Part shown: positions 18,973 to 27,642 of the stretch, one piece after another
How positions within the stretch are numbered: position 1 is the first letter of the stretch
Layout of the letters: each line of letters opens with the position of its first letter
DNA from: Nitrospirales bacterium
GTDB lineage: Bacteria; Nitrospirota; Nitrospiria; Nitrospirales; NS-4
Reading direction: 5' to 3'
Assembly: GCA_036505795.1 (NCBI GenBank)
Contig: DASXSU010000113.1
Coordinates: 933 to 64,932 of the forward strand
DNA length: 64,000 nt
Program-made: the position numbers and the translations under genes
Notes under the pieces: model-generated
What the model was told of the DNA's origin: nothing
Seen by the model: only the letters and a program-made list of their open reading frames with translations
Databases searched by the model: none

Positions 18973-19737
18973 TTATTTGGGCGCGGCCTGTGTGGAAGGC
19001 GCTGCAGATGGAGAGGGCGCTGGGGATGGCGGAGCCTTTTTCGCATCGAGTGTTTTAATGCGAACCGACGCCTCTTCGGTGTAGGGGGACTGCGGATGAT
19101 CTTTGATCAGTTCTTGATAATGCGCCAACGCGCCTTCCGGGCGATTGAGGATCTCATCGATCCTCGCAAGCTCATACAGGGCATGGTCCTTATTGGGGGC
19201 GCCTCGCGTAGCGGTGATCTTGAGAAACGCCTTCTCGGCTTCATCCATCTTTCCCTGCGAGAGATACGTATAACCCAACCGCTGATAGACCAGCGGGACG
19301 AGTGTTTTATGACCCCCATACCGGGCAAGAGAATCCTGATAGGCTTTGGTTGCTCCCTCCACGTCTTTGAGAGCGCTTAACGCGTTGCCGAGCATATAGG
19401 CGGCCAGCGGCGCGGCGGAACTGCGGGGATATTCGGCGAGCACCTTGCGAAAGGTCTCCACCGCCTGTTGCAATTGCTCGGGCCGGGGGGACGGTGCGTT
19501 CGGGGTGGCCTGAGAAAACGGGCGCATGCCCTGGTGAAAGAGATCCTCCGCGGCACGGTCTTCCTGATACCGCATCCAGAAATACCCCCCGACGGCAATT
19601 GCCATGACCACGGCAACGGCAATTCCGGCCACAAGCCACGTCAGATTCTCGCGGGCTGCGTCGCTCACCTGCCCGATGGATCCGGCCATTGGAACCGGGC
19701 TCGCGAGTGTGGCTCTTTCTTTCCTGATCTTGAACAT
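18973..19737 (-). CDS. membrane-anchored TPR-repeat protein (YfgM-like architecture)
   Basis: AGGAG precedes ATG 19737. One TM segment (LTWLVAGIAVAVVMAIAVGGYFW) is followed by TPR-like repeats and a Pro/Ala-rich tail. Confidence 0.65.
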   Translation of the reverse strand: MFKIRKERATLASPVPMAGSIGQVSDAARENLTWLVAGIAVAVVMAIAVGGYFWMRYQEDRAAEDLFHQGMRPFSQATPNAPSPRPEQLQQAVETFRKVLAEYPRSSAAPLAAYMLGNALSALKDVEGATKAYQDSLARYGGHKTLVPLVYQRLGYTYLSQGKMDEAEKAFLKITATRGAPNKDHALYELARIDEILNRPEGALAHYQELIKDHPQSPYTEEASVRIKTLDAKKAPPSPAPSPSAAPSTQAAPK

Positions 19738-19787
19738 CCTGTGCTCCTGTAGCCTTACACTCGGACCATACGCACGCCCCCGGAAAA

Positions 19788-19814
19788 TGTCAAACGCCAA
19801 TGACACGTTTGACA
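19788..19814. promoter_or_regulatory. perfect 9-bp inverted repeat, candidate biotin operator
   Basis: TGTCAAACG-N9-CGTTTGACA sits 33 nt upstream of the preferred bioF start. The half-site resembles the BirA-type TGTAAAC half-site. Confidence 0.4.
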
Positions 19815-19846
19815 GTACGGAAATTCAGGGGTATAGGAATGAGCCT

Positions 19847-21073
19847 ATGTATCGTCCGCGTCTGGATCTGCTGGCTCGGCGGTCGCTGCTGCGACAGCTT
19901 CGCACCATCCACGCGGCGCCTGGTCCCGAAGTGGAACTGGACGGACGAAGAATTCTCATGTTCGCGTCCAACAATTATCTGGACCTGGCCACCCATCCCA
20001 AAGTCGCCGAAGCGGCGATCAACGCTATCCGGCGCTACGGCGTGGGTGCCACCGCCTCCCGGTTGATGTCCGGATCGCTGACGGTCCATTGTGAGCTGGA
20101 GGAACGACTCGCCGCGTTCAAGGGCACCGAAGCGGCTCTCGTCTTCAGCACCGGCTATCAAGCCAACCTCGGCTTGGTTCAGACCCTCGCCGAAGACGTG
20201 TCCACGATCTACGCGGATCGCCTGTGCCACGCCAGCTTGATCGACGCGTGCCGGTTGAGCAAACGCACACTCCGGATTTACCGCCATCGGCAAGTCTCCC
20301 AACTCCGGCGCCTGCTGGAACGCAAACGCCAGGGCGCCGGACTGATTCTGACCGATGGGGTGTTCAGCATGGACGGCGACCTCGCGCCGCTTCCATCGCT
20401 TCACCATCTCGCCGCCTCGAGCAACGCCTACCTGGTCGTGGACGATGCCCATGGAACGGGGGTGATGGGCCACGAAGGCCGGGGGACCGTGGAGCACTTC
20501 GGATTAACGGGCGCCGCGCTGATTCAAATGGGCACATTGAGCAAAGCCTTGGGAGCGTTTGGCGGCTTCGTGACCGGCCCTCGTGACCTGATCGAGTATC
20601 TGGTCAATCGCGCGCGGCCTTTCGTCTACACTACTGCATTGCCCCCGTCCATGGCAGCAGCGGCGTCGGCGGCGCTGGACCTCGTAGAGGCGGAACCCGA
20701 ACGCCGTGCCGAGCTCTGGCGGCTTCGTAAGCGACTTTATCAGGGGCTCAAGACCCTGGGATGTGAGACCCTCGACAGCGAATCTCCAATCCTTCCGATT
20801 CTAGTGGGAGAGGCGAGCGACACATTGGCGTTATCGGAACACCTGTTTGCTCATGAGATCTATGCGCCGGCGATTCGGCCTCCGACGGTGCCGCCCTCGA
20901 GAAGCCGAATCCGACTCAGTGTCACCGCAGGACATACATCGGCGCAGATTGATCATCTTTTGGAGGCGGTGGCGGCTGTCAGAACGACGAATGGCGCGTT
21001 ATGGGAGAGGCTTACAGACCGGACGGCTGCCCAGAGAGGGGTGGCGGCGAAGGACCGCTCACCATCCCTTTGA
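19847..21073 (+). CDS. bioF: 8-amino-7-oxononanoate synthase (alpha-oxoamine synthase family)
   Basis: Carries NNYLDL, GATASRLMSG, DDAHGTGV and the PLP-Lys region TLSKALG, with bioD nearby. ATG 19787 is an alternative start but lies inside the palindrome. Confidence 0.8.
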   Translation: MYRPRLDLLARRSLLRQLRTIHAAPGPEVELDGRRILMFASNNYLDLATHPKVAEAAINAIRRYGVGATASRLMSGSLTVHCELEERLAAFKGTEAALVFSTGYQANLGLVQTLAEDVSTIYADRLCHASLIDACRLSKRTLRIYRHRQVSQLRRLLERKRQGAGLILTDGVFSMDGDLAPLPSLHHLAASSNAYLVVDDAHGTGVMGHEGRGTVEHFGLTGAALIQMGTLSKALGAFGGFVTGPRDLIEYLVNRARPFVYTTALPPSMAAAASAALDLVEAEPERRAELWRLRKRLYQGLKTLGCETLDSESPILPILVGEASDTLALSEHLFAHEIYAPAIRPPTVPPSRSRIRLSVTAGHTSAQIDHLLEAVAAVRTTNGALWERLTDRTAAQRGVAAKDRSPSL

Positions 21074-21848
21074 TCGTATAGCTTTCCAATTCTTCCTTCA
21101 TATACGTGATTTCGCCGCGCGTTTCACGAACCGGCGGCGCCTCAATTGTCTCCTCGTACTTGATCAATCCGACACCGCGAACGAACCAGCTCGTGATTCG
21201 ATCCTGGCTCACCGCCACAATCTGGGTTTTTGTCAGTGTGACCGAGATGGTCATGACGGCATCGATCCGCAACGCTTCCGGAAAGGACCCGGCAGGAACA
21301 GTCACCGGCTCATACCCGACGATCCGTGCATCTGCGACGACACTTCCGTGTTCCGGCTGCCCGTCTCCGTCTAGGTCTGCCTGCATGTCGACATCCGTCT
21401 TGTTCAACTGCTGAAAGGTCGTCCCCAGCACCAACGGGAAATTGAGGATGCGATACGGCACCAACTGTTGCTCAAAGGGAGTCGTGGGTTGGCTGCCATA
21501 ATAGACAATGCCGGTCTTATCGCGCCGGAAGAACCCGTCCGAGGCTCCCTTGTTGCCTTGATTGGTTTCGCGAAAGATCTTGACCGTGACGCCGCGCATG
21601 TTCGAGGTCCCGATGGTCGTGACCTCATTCTGAAACGCTACGTCCGCGATCCGCTCAATCCGTTCCGTGTGGGTATGTCCGACATACTCCCAGACACTTC
21701 CGATGCCGTCGGGAAAATACTCCTCGGTGTTCAGCACCTCCCGAAGCAGCGGTTTGTTGTCGGCCGCGTAAGGCGGATCGCTCACGACCCCACCGGTTAC
21801 GCCCAGGACTAGCGCAAGTGCAACTGACCACCGGATCGCCTGCGGCAT
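21012..21848 (-). CDS. secreted hypothetical protein
   Basis: Signal peptide MPQAIRWSVALALVLGVTGGVVS with GGAGAG upstream. The 3' end overlaps the bioF 3' end by about 60 nt. Confidence 0.5.
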   Translation of the reverse strand: MPQAIRWSVALALVLGVTGGVVSDPPYAADNKPLLREVLNTEEYFPDGIGSVWEYVGHTHTERIERIADVAFQNEVTTIGTSNMRGVTVKIFRETNQGNKGASDGFFRRDKTGIVYYGSQPTTPFEQQLVPYRILNFPLVLGTTFQQLNKTDVDMQADLDGDGQPEHGSVVADARIVGYEPVTVPAGSFPEALRIDAVMTISVTLTKTQIVAVSQDRITSWFVRGVGLIKYEETIEAPPVRETRGEITYMKEELESYTIKGMVSGPSPPPLSGQPSGL

Positions 21849-21915
21849 GCCGCTCTCCATATAAAATTCCACAGGGGGATTGTAAAGTAGCATAAGACCT
21901 TTGCGCCATCAAGTC

Positions 21916-21924
21916 TGCTATAAT
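21916..21924 (+). promoter_or_regulatory. extended -10 element (TGcTATAAT)
   Basis: A perfect TATAAT with an upstream TG lies 41 nt before ATG 21965. No good -35. Confidence 0.3.
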
Positions 21925-21964
21925 TTACAACCCTGCGGCAGACGCTAAGGCGCAGGGAGGCCCG

Positions 21965-22708
21965 ATGAGTGGTCCGCAATCCGAAAAGCCGGTGGTGCTC
22001 ATCACGGGGTCGTCAAGAGGCCTGGGCCGCAGTATGGCGATGGCTTTCGGCCATAGGAAATTCAGGGTCGCCGCGAACTATCGCGTGGACACCGTCGGCG
22101 CCCTCGCCAGCACGCGCGCCGTCGAAGCTGCCGGCGGAGAAGCCGTGGCCCATCAAGCCGATGTCCGGGATGCGAAAGCGGTCCATGCCATGGTCTCCGC
22201 CATCACCGAGCGCTGGGGGCGCTTAGATGTCCTTGTGTGTAACGCGGCCATGACGGCGGACGAGTTGGTGGTCCGGCACTCGGAAGATTCCTGGGACCAG
22301 GTGCTGGGGACAATCTTGACCGGGACATTTCACTGTCTTCAGGCCGCGGGCCCGGTCATGCAACGGCAGGGCGGGGGCGCTGTAGTTCTGATGGGCTCTT
22401 TCGCGGGCATGCAAGGCGCCGGGGGCCAGGCGGCGTATGCATCAGCGAAAGCCGGCCTGCTTGGCCTCATGAACAGCCTGGCCCGGGAGTGGGGTCCGGA
22501 CCGTATCCGAATCAATATGATTCTCCCCGGATGGCATGCCACAGCCTTAACCCAACACCATGAAGAAGCGACGGCAGGGCCGTTCGCGCGGGTGTTGGAA
22601 CACGGCACCACCATGACGCAAGTCGCCGATTTCGTCGTCGCCGTCGCGACCATGCCAAGCGTCTCCGGGCAGGTCTTTAACATCGATAGCCGAATGCTGC
22701 CTTGCTAA
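21965..22708 (+). CDS. SDR-family oxidoreductase, 3-oxoacyl-ACP reductase (FabG)-like
   Basis: TGSSRGLGR cofactor motif, NAA motif and the YASAK catalytic motif. Confidence 0.85.
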   Translation: MSGPQSEKPVVLITGSSRGLGRSMAMAFGHRKFRVAANYRVDTVGALASTRAVEAAGGEAVAHQADVRDAKAVHAMVSAITERWGRLDVLVCNAAMTADELVVRHSEDSWDQVLGTILTGTFHCLQAAGPVMQRQGGGAVVLMGSFAGMQGAGGQAAYASAKAGLLGLMNSLAREWGPDRIRINMILPGWHATALTQHHEEATAGPFARVLEHGTTMTQVADFVVAVATMPSVSGQVFNIDSRMLPC

Positions 22709-23436
22709 GTCCCGCCGGCACCTTTCGAGGGCTGTTTGTCACCGGCACCGATACCGGCGTGGGGAAAACCATCGCCACGGGTGTCCTGGCGGTCTCGCTG
22801 AGAGAAGTCGGCGTGAACGCGGGCGTGATGAAACCGGTTGAAACCGGTGTGACCCCCCGTCGCCGGTCTGATTCAGAGTGGCTCATGTCCGTCGCTCCTA
22901 GCGATGATCCATGCGAACTCGTCGCTCCGTACCGTCTGCGCGCGTCTGCCGCACCGATGGTGGCCGCCGCCGCCGAAGATCTCACGATAGATCTCATGTG
23001 TATTCGGTCGGCGTTCGAGCAGTTGGCCTCCCGCCATGATTGCGTGCTGATCGAAGGGGTCGGCGGGGCTCTGGTTCCTCTCACCCCGGATATACTTGTC
23101 GCGGACCTGATCCAACATCTCCGGCTTCCGGTGCTCATCGTGGCCCGTTCAGGTCTGGGCAGCATCAATCATACGCTGCTCACGGTAGAATGCCTGAAAA
23201 GCCGCGGAATCCCGATACTCGGAGTCCTGTTTAATAATGCCATCGCACCGACGGACAATCCGGATATTCACCAGACTACCCGCACAATTCTGGTGAAGAC
23301 AGGGCTTCGGTCTTTCGGGGAACTCCCATACGCCGACGGCATGCCGGCGACGTGGGACCGGGAGCGTTCCCGTTTGATGGCGCAGGTTGATACTCAGGGG
23401 TTGTTGGAAGCTCTGGGGTTCCGGAAGGTGGCATGA
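22702..23436 (+). CDS. bioD: dethiobiotin synthetase
   Basis: FVTGTDTGVGKT P-loop, KPVETG and EGVGG motifs align along their length with E. coli BioD. TTG start overlaps the preceding stop. Confidence 0.8.
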   Translation: MLSPAGTFRGLFVTGTDTGVGKTIATGVLAVSLREVGVNAGVMKPVETGVTPRRRSDSEWLMSVAPSDDPCELVAPYRLRASAAPMVAAAAEDLTIDLMCIRSAFEQLASRHDCVLIEGVGGALVPLTPDILVADLIQHLRLPVLIVARSGLGSINHTLLTVECLKSRGIPILGVLFNNAIAPTDNPDIHQTTRTILVKTGLRSFGELPYADGMPATWDRERSRLMAQVDTQGLLEALGFRKVA

Positions 23437-23574
23437 TCTCATCCGAAACGACTATGCAGCGTGGCGGCCGGAAGCCATGACCCAGTCGTTTTTGAGGGGA
23501 TACGAAGGGGGAAATCAGGTTGACTGTGTCCGGTCGCTAGCGTACAACCTGCATCTGAACGCAAGGAGCCAAAC

Positions 23575-24828
23575 ATGCAGCGGCGAGTAGTGGTCACAGG
23601 GCTCGGGGTCGTTTCGCCGATCGGGATTGGGGTCAGCGAGTTTTGGAAGGCCGCGTTGGAAGGGCGGTCCGGCATTACCGCTCTCCGGCCTCTGGGGGAC
23701 TTTCCTCTCGACTCTTATCGGTGTCAGGTCGCCGGACAGGTCCGTGATTTTCATGCCACTGACTTCCTTGATGCCGCCATCGCGGAACGAGTGGATCGTT
23801 ATGCTCAGTTCGCGATGGTCGCTTCGACAGAAGCGCTGCGGGATGCGGCGGTTGCCATGGAGCGCGAGGACCCGCATCGAGTCGGCGTGATCGTGGGGGC
23901 CGGGATGGGTGGCATGGTGATGGGTGAACGGGAGATCACGCGGCTCTATCACTCCCAGCGGCCCGAGAGGGTCCATCCGAATTTTATTCCCACCATCACA
24001 CTCAACTCCGCCTCAGGCCTCTTGGCCATCCAACACGGCGCGAAAGGTCCCAATCTCACGATCTCGACGGCGTGTTCCTCGGGCGCGCACGCCATTGGCC
24101 AGGCGCTCTCGACGATTCGTGCCGGCAAAGCGGAGATGATGTTGGCCGTGGGCGCGGATGCCAGCCTCACGCCCCTGGTCTTCGCCGGCTTCTGCACGCT
24201 CCGCGCGCTGTCGACCAAGTTTAATAAAACACCCGGTCTCGCGTCCCGTCCTTTTGATCGATTGCGGGATGGTTTTGTCATGGGAGAAGGCGCCGGAGCC
24301 TTGATTTTGGAATCGTTGTCCCATGCGCGGAAACGACGGGCGAGAATTTATGCCGAGGTCGCCGGCTACGGCGCGACGAGCGAATCGTTCCATGTGGTCA
24401 TCCCTCGCAGCGACGGCGCCGATATGGCCACCACAATGGCGTTGGCCCTCGACGATGCCGAGCTTTCCCCTGCTCATGTCGATTACATCAACGCGCATGC
24501 GACCTCCACCCTGGTCGGCGACACCGCAGAAGTGCGAGGAATTCGGCGGTTGCTGAAAGGGCGCGCCGACCGCGTCGTCATCAATGCGACCAAGTCCTTG
24601 ATCGGTCATACGCTCGGAGCGGCCGGAGCCATCGGAGCGGTGGCGTCGGTGTTGGCTCTTGAGAGCGGACAGTTTCATCCGACGATTAACTATGAACATC
24701 CCGACCCTGAATGCGCCCTTCCGGGCATTTCCGCAAAAGTCCAAGAACGGCGGGCGAAAGTGGCCTTGCTCAATGCCTTTGGTTTTGGCAGCAATAATGC
24801 CGCGCTGGTGTTTAGAAAATGGTCGTGA
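23575..24828 (+). CDS. fabF: beta-ketoacyl-ACP synthase II
   Basis: AAGGAG precedes the ATG. Active-site Cys (ISTACSSGAH) and the HATST and GHTLGAAG motifs are present. Confidence 0.9.
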   Translation: MQRRVVVTGLGVVSPIGIGVSEFWKAALEGRSGITALRPLGDFPLDSYRCQVAGQVRDFHATDFLDAAIAERVDRYAQFAMVASTEALRDAAVAMEREDPHRVGVIVGAGMGGMVMGEREITRLYHSQRPERVHPNFIPTITLNSASGLLAIQHGAKGPNLTISTACSSGAHAIGQALSTIRAGKAEMMLAVGADASLTPLVFAGFCTLRALSTKFNKTPGLASRPFDRLRDGFVMGEGAGALILESLSHARKRRARIYAEVAGYGATSESFHVVIPRSDGADMATTMALALDDAELSPAHVDYINAHATSTLVGDTAEVRGIRRLLKGRADRVVINATKSLIGHTLGAAGAIGAVASVLALESGQFHPTINYEHPDPECALPGISAKVQERRAKVALLNAFGFGSNNAALVFRKWS

Positions 24829-25136
24829 AAAAGACAACGGTCAAGCGGCCTGCGCAATCGGCTGTCGCGAAACAAGTGATCGCGGCCTTAGGGGATTATC
24901 TCAAAAAAGATGAACGCAAATTAACTGCGACGCTGTCCTTACGGGAAGACCTGGGCCTTGACTCGCTGTCGATTATCGAGTTGCTCTATAGGATCGAAGA
25001 GGCCTTTAATCTTTCGATCCCCGATGAGGACCTCGAAAAGCTGCAAACCGTGGGCGATGTCATTGCCTATATTGAACAGGGCATGGAACCGAAGAAGCCA
25101 TCCCGGCCGGCCGCCAAAGCCAAGAAACGAAAATAA
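24819..25136 (+). CDS. acyl carrier protein with N-terminal extension and Lys-rich tail
   Basis: LGLDSLSIIEL carries the phosphopantetheine Ser. It overlaps the fabF end by 10 nt. The tail is PKKPSRPAAKAKKRK. Confidence 0.8.
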   Translation: MVVKKTTVKRPAQSAVAKQVIAALGDYLKKDERKLTATLSLREDLGLDSLSIIELLYRIEEAFNLSIPDEDLEKLQTVGDVIAYIEQGMEPKKPSRPAAKAKKRK

Positions 25137-25138
25137 CC

Positions 25139-25996
25139 TCAGCCTTCGGTCTCCCTCTCCTCTACTCCGATTAGTTCTTTCACCTTCGCCGCGATGTCCT
25201 TGGAAGTGATCAGCGCTTCCCCGACGAGTATGGCTCCCACGCCCGCCTCAGCCATCTTCCGCACCTCATCACGGGTGGCGATGCCGCTCTCGCTGACGAT
25301 CAGCTTGTTGTCCGGGATGCGCTTCGCCAGACGGAAGGTCACATCCAATGAGGTGACGAAGGTGGTCAAATCCCGGTTGTTGATCCCTATCAATCGCGCC
25401 TCAGGCAGACGCTCGAGCACAATATCCAGTTCCCGTTCGTGGTGCACCTCGATGAGGACATCCAGCCCGAACTCCTGGCGAGCCAGGTGATAATAGTCAA
25501 TCAGCTGGGCACGGTCGAGAGCGGCCACGATCAGCAGGACGGCGTCCGCCAGATACGCGCGCGCCTCATAAAACTGCAGCTCGTCCACCATAAATTCCTT
25601 ATTGAGTGCGGGAAGCGCAACCGATTCGCGAATCGTTTTGAGCAGGTCAAGGCTGCCTTGAAAAAATTCTCTGTCGGTCAGCACCGAGAGCGCGCTCGCC
25701 CCGTGCCGCTCATACACGCGGGCGATCGCCAGCGGGTCGAACTCCTCCCGAAGCAGCCCTTTACTAGGAGAGGCTTTTTTTATTTCGGCGATCAGCCGCG
25801 GGATCTCCCCTTTGCGGCCAACGGCTGGAAGGCTTGGTCCGACAGCCGGCAGGACCGGGAGCCCTGCCAGCGCGGCATAAAATCCTGCCGGCGCCGCCGC
25901 TTCCCGGATTCTCGATTTGAGCTCCGCCAGGTAAGACGCCTTTTTCTTTTCCTTAATTTCCTGCTTTTTGTGGTCCAGAATCCGATCGAGAATCAT
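25139..25996 (-). CDS. trpC: indole-3-glycerol phosphate synthase
   Basis: Carries IAEIKKASPSKG, LTDREFFQGS and GINNRDL motifs. It has a short LPAVGPSLPAVG insertion. Confidence 0.9.
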   Translation of the reverse strand: MILDRILDHKKQEIKEKKKASYLAELKSRIREAAAPAGFYAALAGLPVLPAVGPSLPAVGRKGEIPRLIAEIKKASPSKGLLREEFDPLAIARVYERHGASALSVLTDREFFQGSLDLLKTIRESVALPALNKEFMVDELQFYEARAYLADAVLLIVAALDRAQLIDYYHLARQEFGLDVLIEVHHERELDIVLERLPEARLIGINNRDLTTFVTSLDVTFRLAKRIPDNKLIVSESGIATRDEVRKMAEAGVGAILVGEALITSKDIAAKVKELIGVEERETEG

Positions 25997-26054
25997 TCGC
26001 GGCGGCTCGCCTTTACGACGCCATCATGATAGGCGCAGTGCCGAATGACGAGGA

Positions 26055-27065
26055 TCAGCGATTGGTCCATTTGATCAGGCTTTCCAGCTTCTCCATCGCC
26101 GCGCCGGATCGAATGACGGCGCGCGCCCGTTCCACGCCCTCCTGAAGCGTCGCCGCCTTTCCGGTAGCCACAAAAGCCGGCGCGGCATTGATCAGGACGA
26201 GCCGCTGGCGAGGCCCTTCGCGGCCCTCCAGAATGTCCCGCGTGATGCGTGCATTCTCTTCCACGTCCCCTCCGCTCAAATCTTTCAACCGGGCGCGCTC
26301 GAAGCCAAAATCGGCTGGTTCGATGAAGTAACTGGTGATACGGCTTCCCTTGGCCTCCGTGATGCGGGTCCGCGTGGTCAGCGTGATCTCATCCAAACCA
26401 TCCTGCCCGTGCACGACGTAGCAATGCCGCGTCCCCAAGTTCATCAGAACTTTCGCCAGGGTTTCCGTGAGTGCGTCGGCATAGACGCCGAGGATCTGAA
26501 TCGAGGCGCCGGCCGGATTCGTCAGCGGTCCCAGGAGGTTGAAGATCGTCCGGATCCCGATCTCCTGCCTGGTGGCGGCGGCGTGCTTCATCGCGGTGTG
26601 AAATGTCGGGGCGAACAAAAATCCGATGCCGATCTCATTGAGGCACGCTTCAACGCGTTCGGGCGCAAGATCGATCCGGACTCCCAAGGTCCTGAGCACA
26701 TCGGCACTGCCGCACCGCGACGAGATCGCCCGATTCCCATGCTTGGCGACCGTGAGGCCGCCCCCGGCCAGCACCAGCGCCACGGTCGTCGACACATTGA
26801 AGGTCCCAGCGCCGTCTCCCCCGGTGCCGCATGTATCCACGACGATAGGATCGGCAGCGCGAATTCGCACCGCCTTGGCTCTCATCGCGCGCGCAGAGCC
26901 GGTGATCTCCTCGACAGTCTCGCCCTTCATGCGAAGCGCCGTCACATATGAGGCGATTTGCGTGGCGGTTGATTGGCCCTCCATGATCTCGAGCATTACG
27001 ATTTCGGCCTCGCTCTCGGTCAGGGGTTGCCGCTCGATCAGTTTGGCGATGGCGTCCTTGATCAT
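26055..27065 (-). CDS. trpD: anthranilate phosphoribosyltransferase
   Basis: Carries DTCGTGGDG and KHGNRAISSRCGSADVL motifs. Confidence 0.9.
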   Translation of the reverse strand: MIKDAIAKLIERQPLTESEAEIVMLEIMEGQSTATQIASYVTALRMKGETVEEITGSARAMRAKAVRIRAADPIVVDTCGTGGDGAGTFNVSTTVALVLAGGGLTVAKHGNRAISSRCGSADVLRTLGVRIDLAPERVEACLNEIGIGFLFAPTFHTAMKHAAATRQEIGIRTIFNLLGPLTNPAGASIQILGVYADALTETLAKVLMNLGTRHCYVVHGQDGLDEITLTTRTRITEAKGSRITSYFIEPADFGFERARLKDLSGGDVEENARITRDILEGREGPRQRLVLINAAPAFVATGKAATLQEGVERARAVIRSGAAMEKLESLIKWTNR

Positions 27066-27075
27066 GGGCGCCGGA

Positions 27076-27639
27076 TCAGAGGCTCAGGAAGTTGCGAAGA
27101 AGATCCTTGCCCGGACGGGTGAGGATAGATTCCGGGTGGAACTGGACGCCTTCGATAGGATAGGCACGGTGACGAAGGCCCATGATCTCTCCCTCTGCGG
27201 TCTCCGCGGAGATTTCCAAGCAGGCGGGCAGAGTCTCGCGTCGGACGATCAGCGAGTGGTAGCGGGTCGCTTCAAAAGGGTTGGGCAGATTGCGGAAGAC
27301 CGTACGCTGATCATGCCGAATCATGGAGGTCTTGCCGTGCATCAGTCGCTCAGCGCGCACGACCTCTCCCCCGAACGCTTCCCCGATGCTTTGGTGGCCA
27401 AGGCAGACGCCGAGAATCGGAATGCTTCCGGCGAGACGCTTGATCGTCTCAACCGAGATACCGGCTTCTTTCGGCGTGCAGGGCCCCGGCGAGATCACGA
27501 TGCGCTCCGGCTTCAGGGCCACGATCTCGTCTACCGTCATTGCATCGTTCCTCACCACACGGAGTTGCTCGCCTAGTTCGCCAAGGTACTGGACCAGGTT
27601 ATAGGTGAACGAGTCGTAATTGTCGATCACCAACAGCAC
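27076..27639 (-). CDS. trpG: anthranilate synthase component II (glutamine amidotransferase)
   Basis: GVCLGHQ catalytic Cys and FHPES motif. Confidence 0.9.
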   Translation of the reverse strand: MLLVIDNYDSFTYNLVQYLGELGEQLRVVRNDAMTVDEIVALKPERIVISPGPCTPKEAGISVETIKRLAGSIPILGVCLGHQSIGEAFGGEVVRAERLMHGKTSMIRHDQRTVFRNLPNPFEATRYHSLIVRRETLPACLEISAETAEGEIMGLRHRAYPIEGVQFHPESILTRPGKDLLRNFLSL

Positions 27640-27642
27640 GGC

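Noticed and set aside
19790-20497. 235-aa antisense ORF, and similar ones at 24013-24837, 44517-45305, 15180-15842, 28006-28650 and 61766-62482
   Set aside because: Each is fully embedded opposite a confidently identified gene (bioF, fabF, dnaE, the HAD hydrolase, trpE, the dehydrogenase). None has a domain signature.
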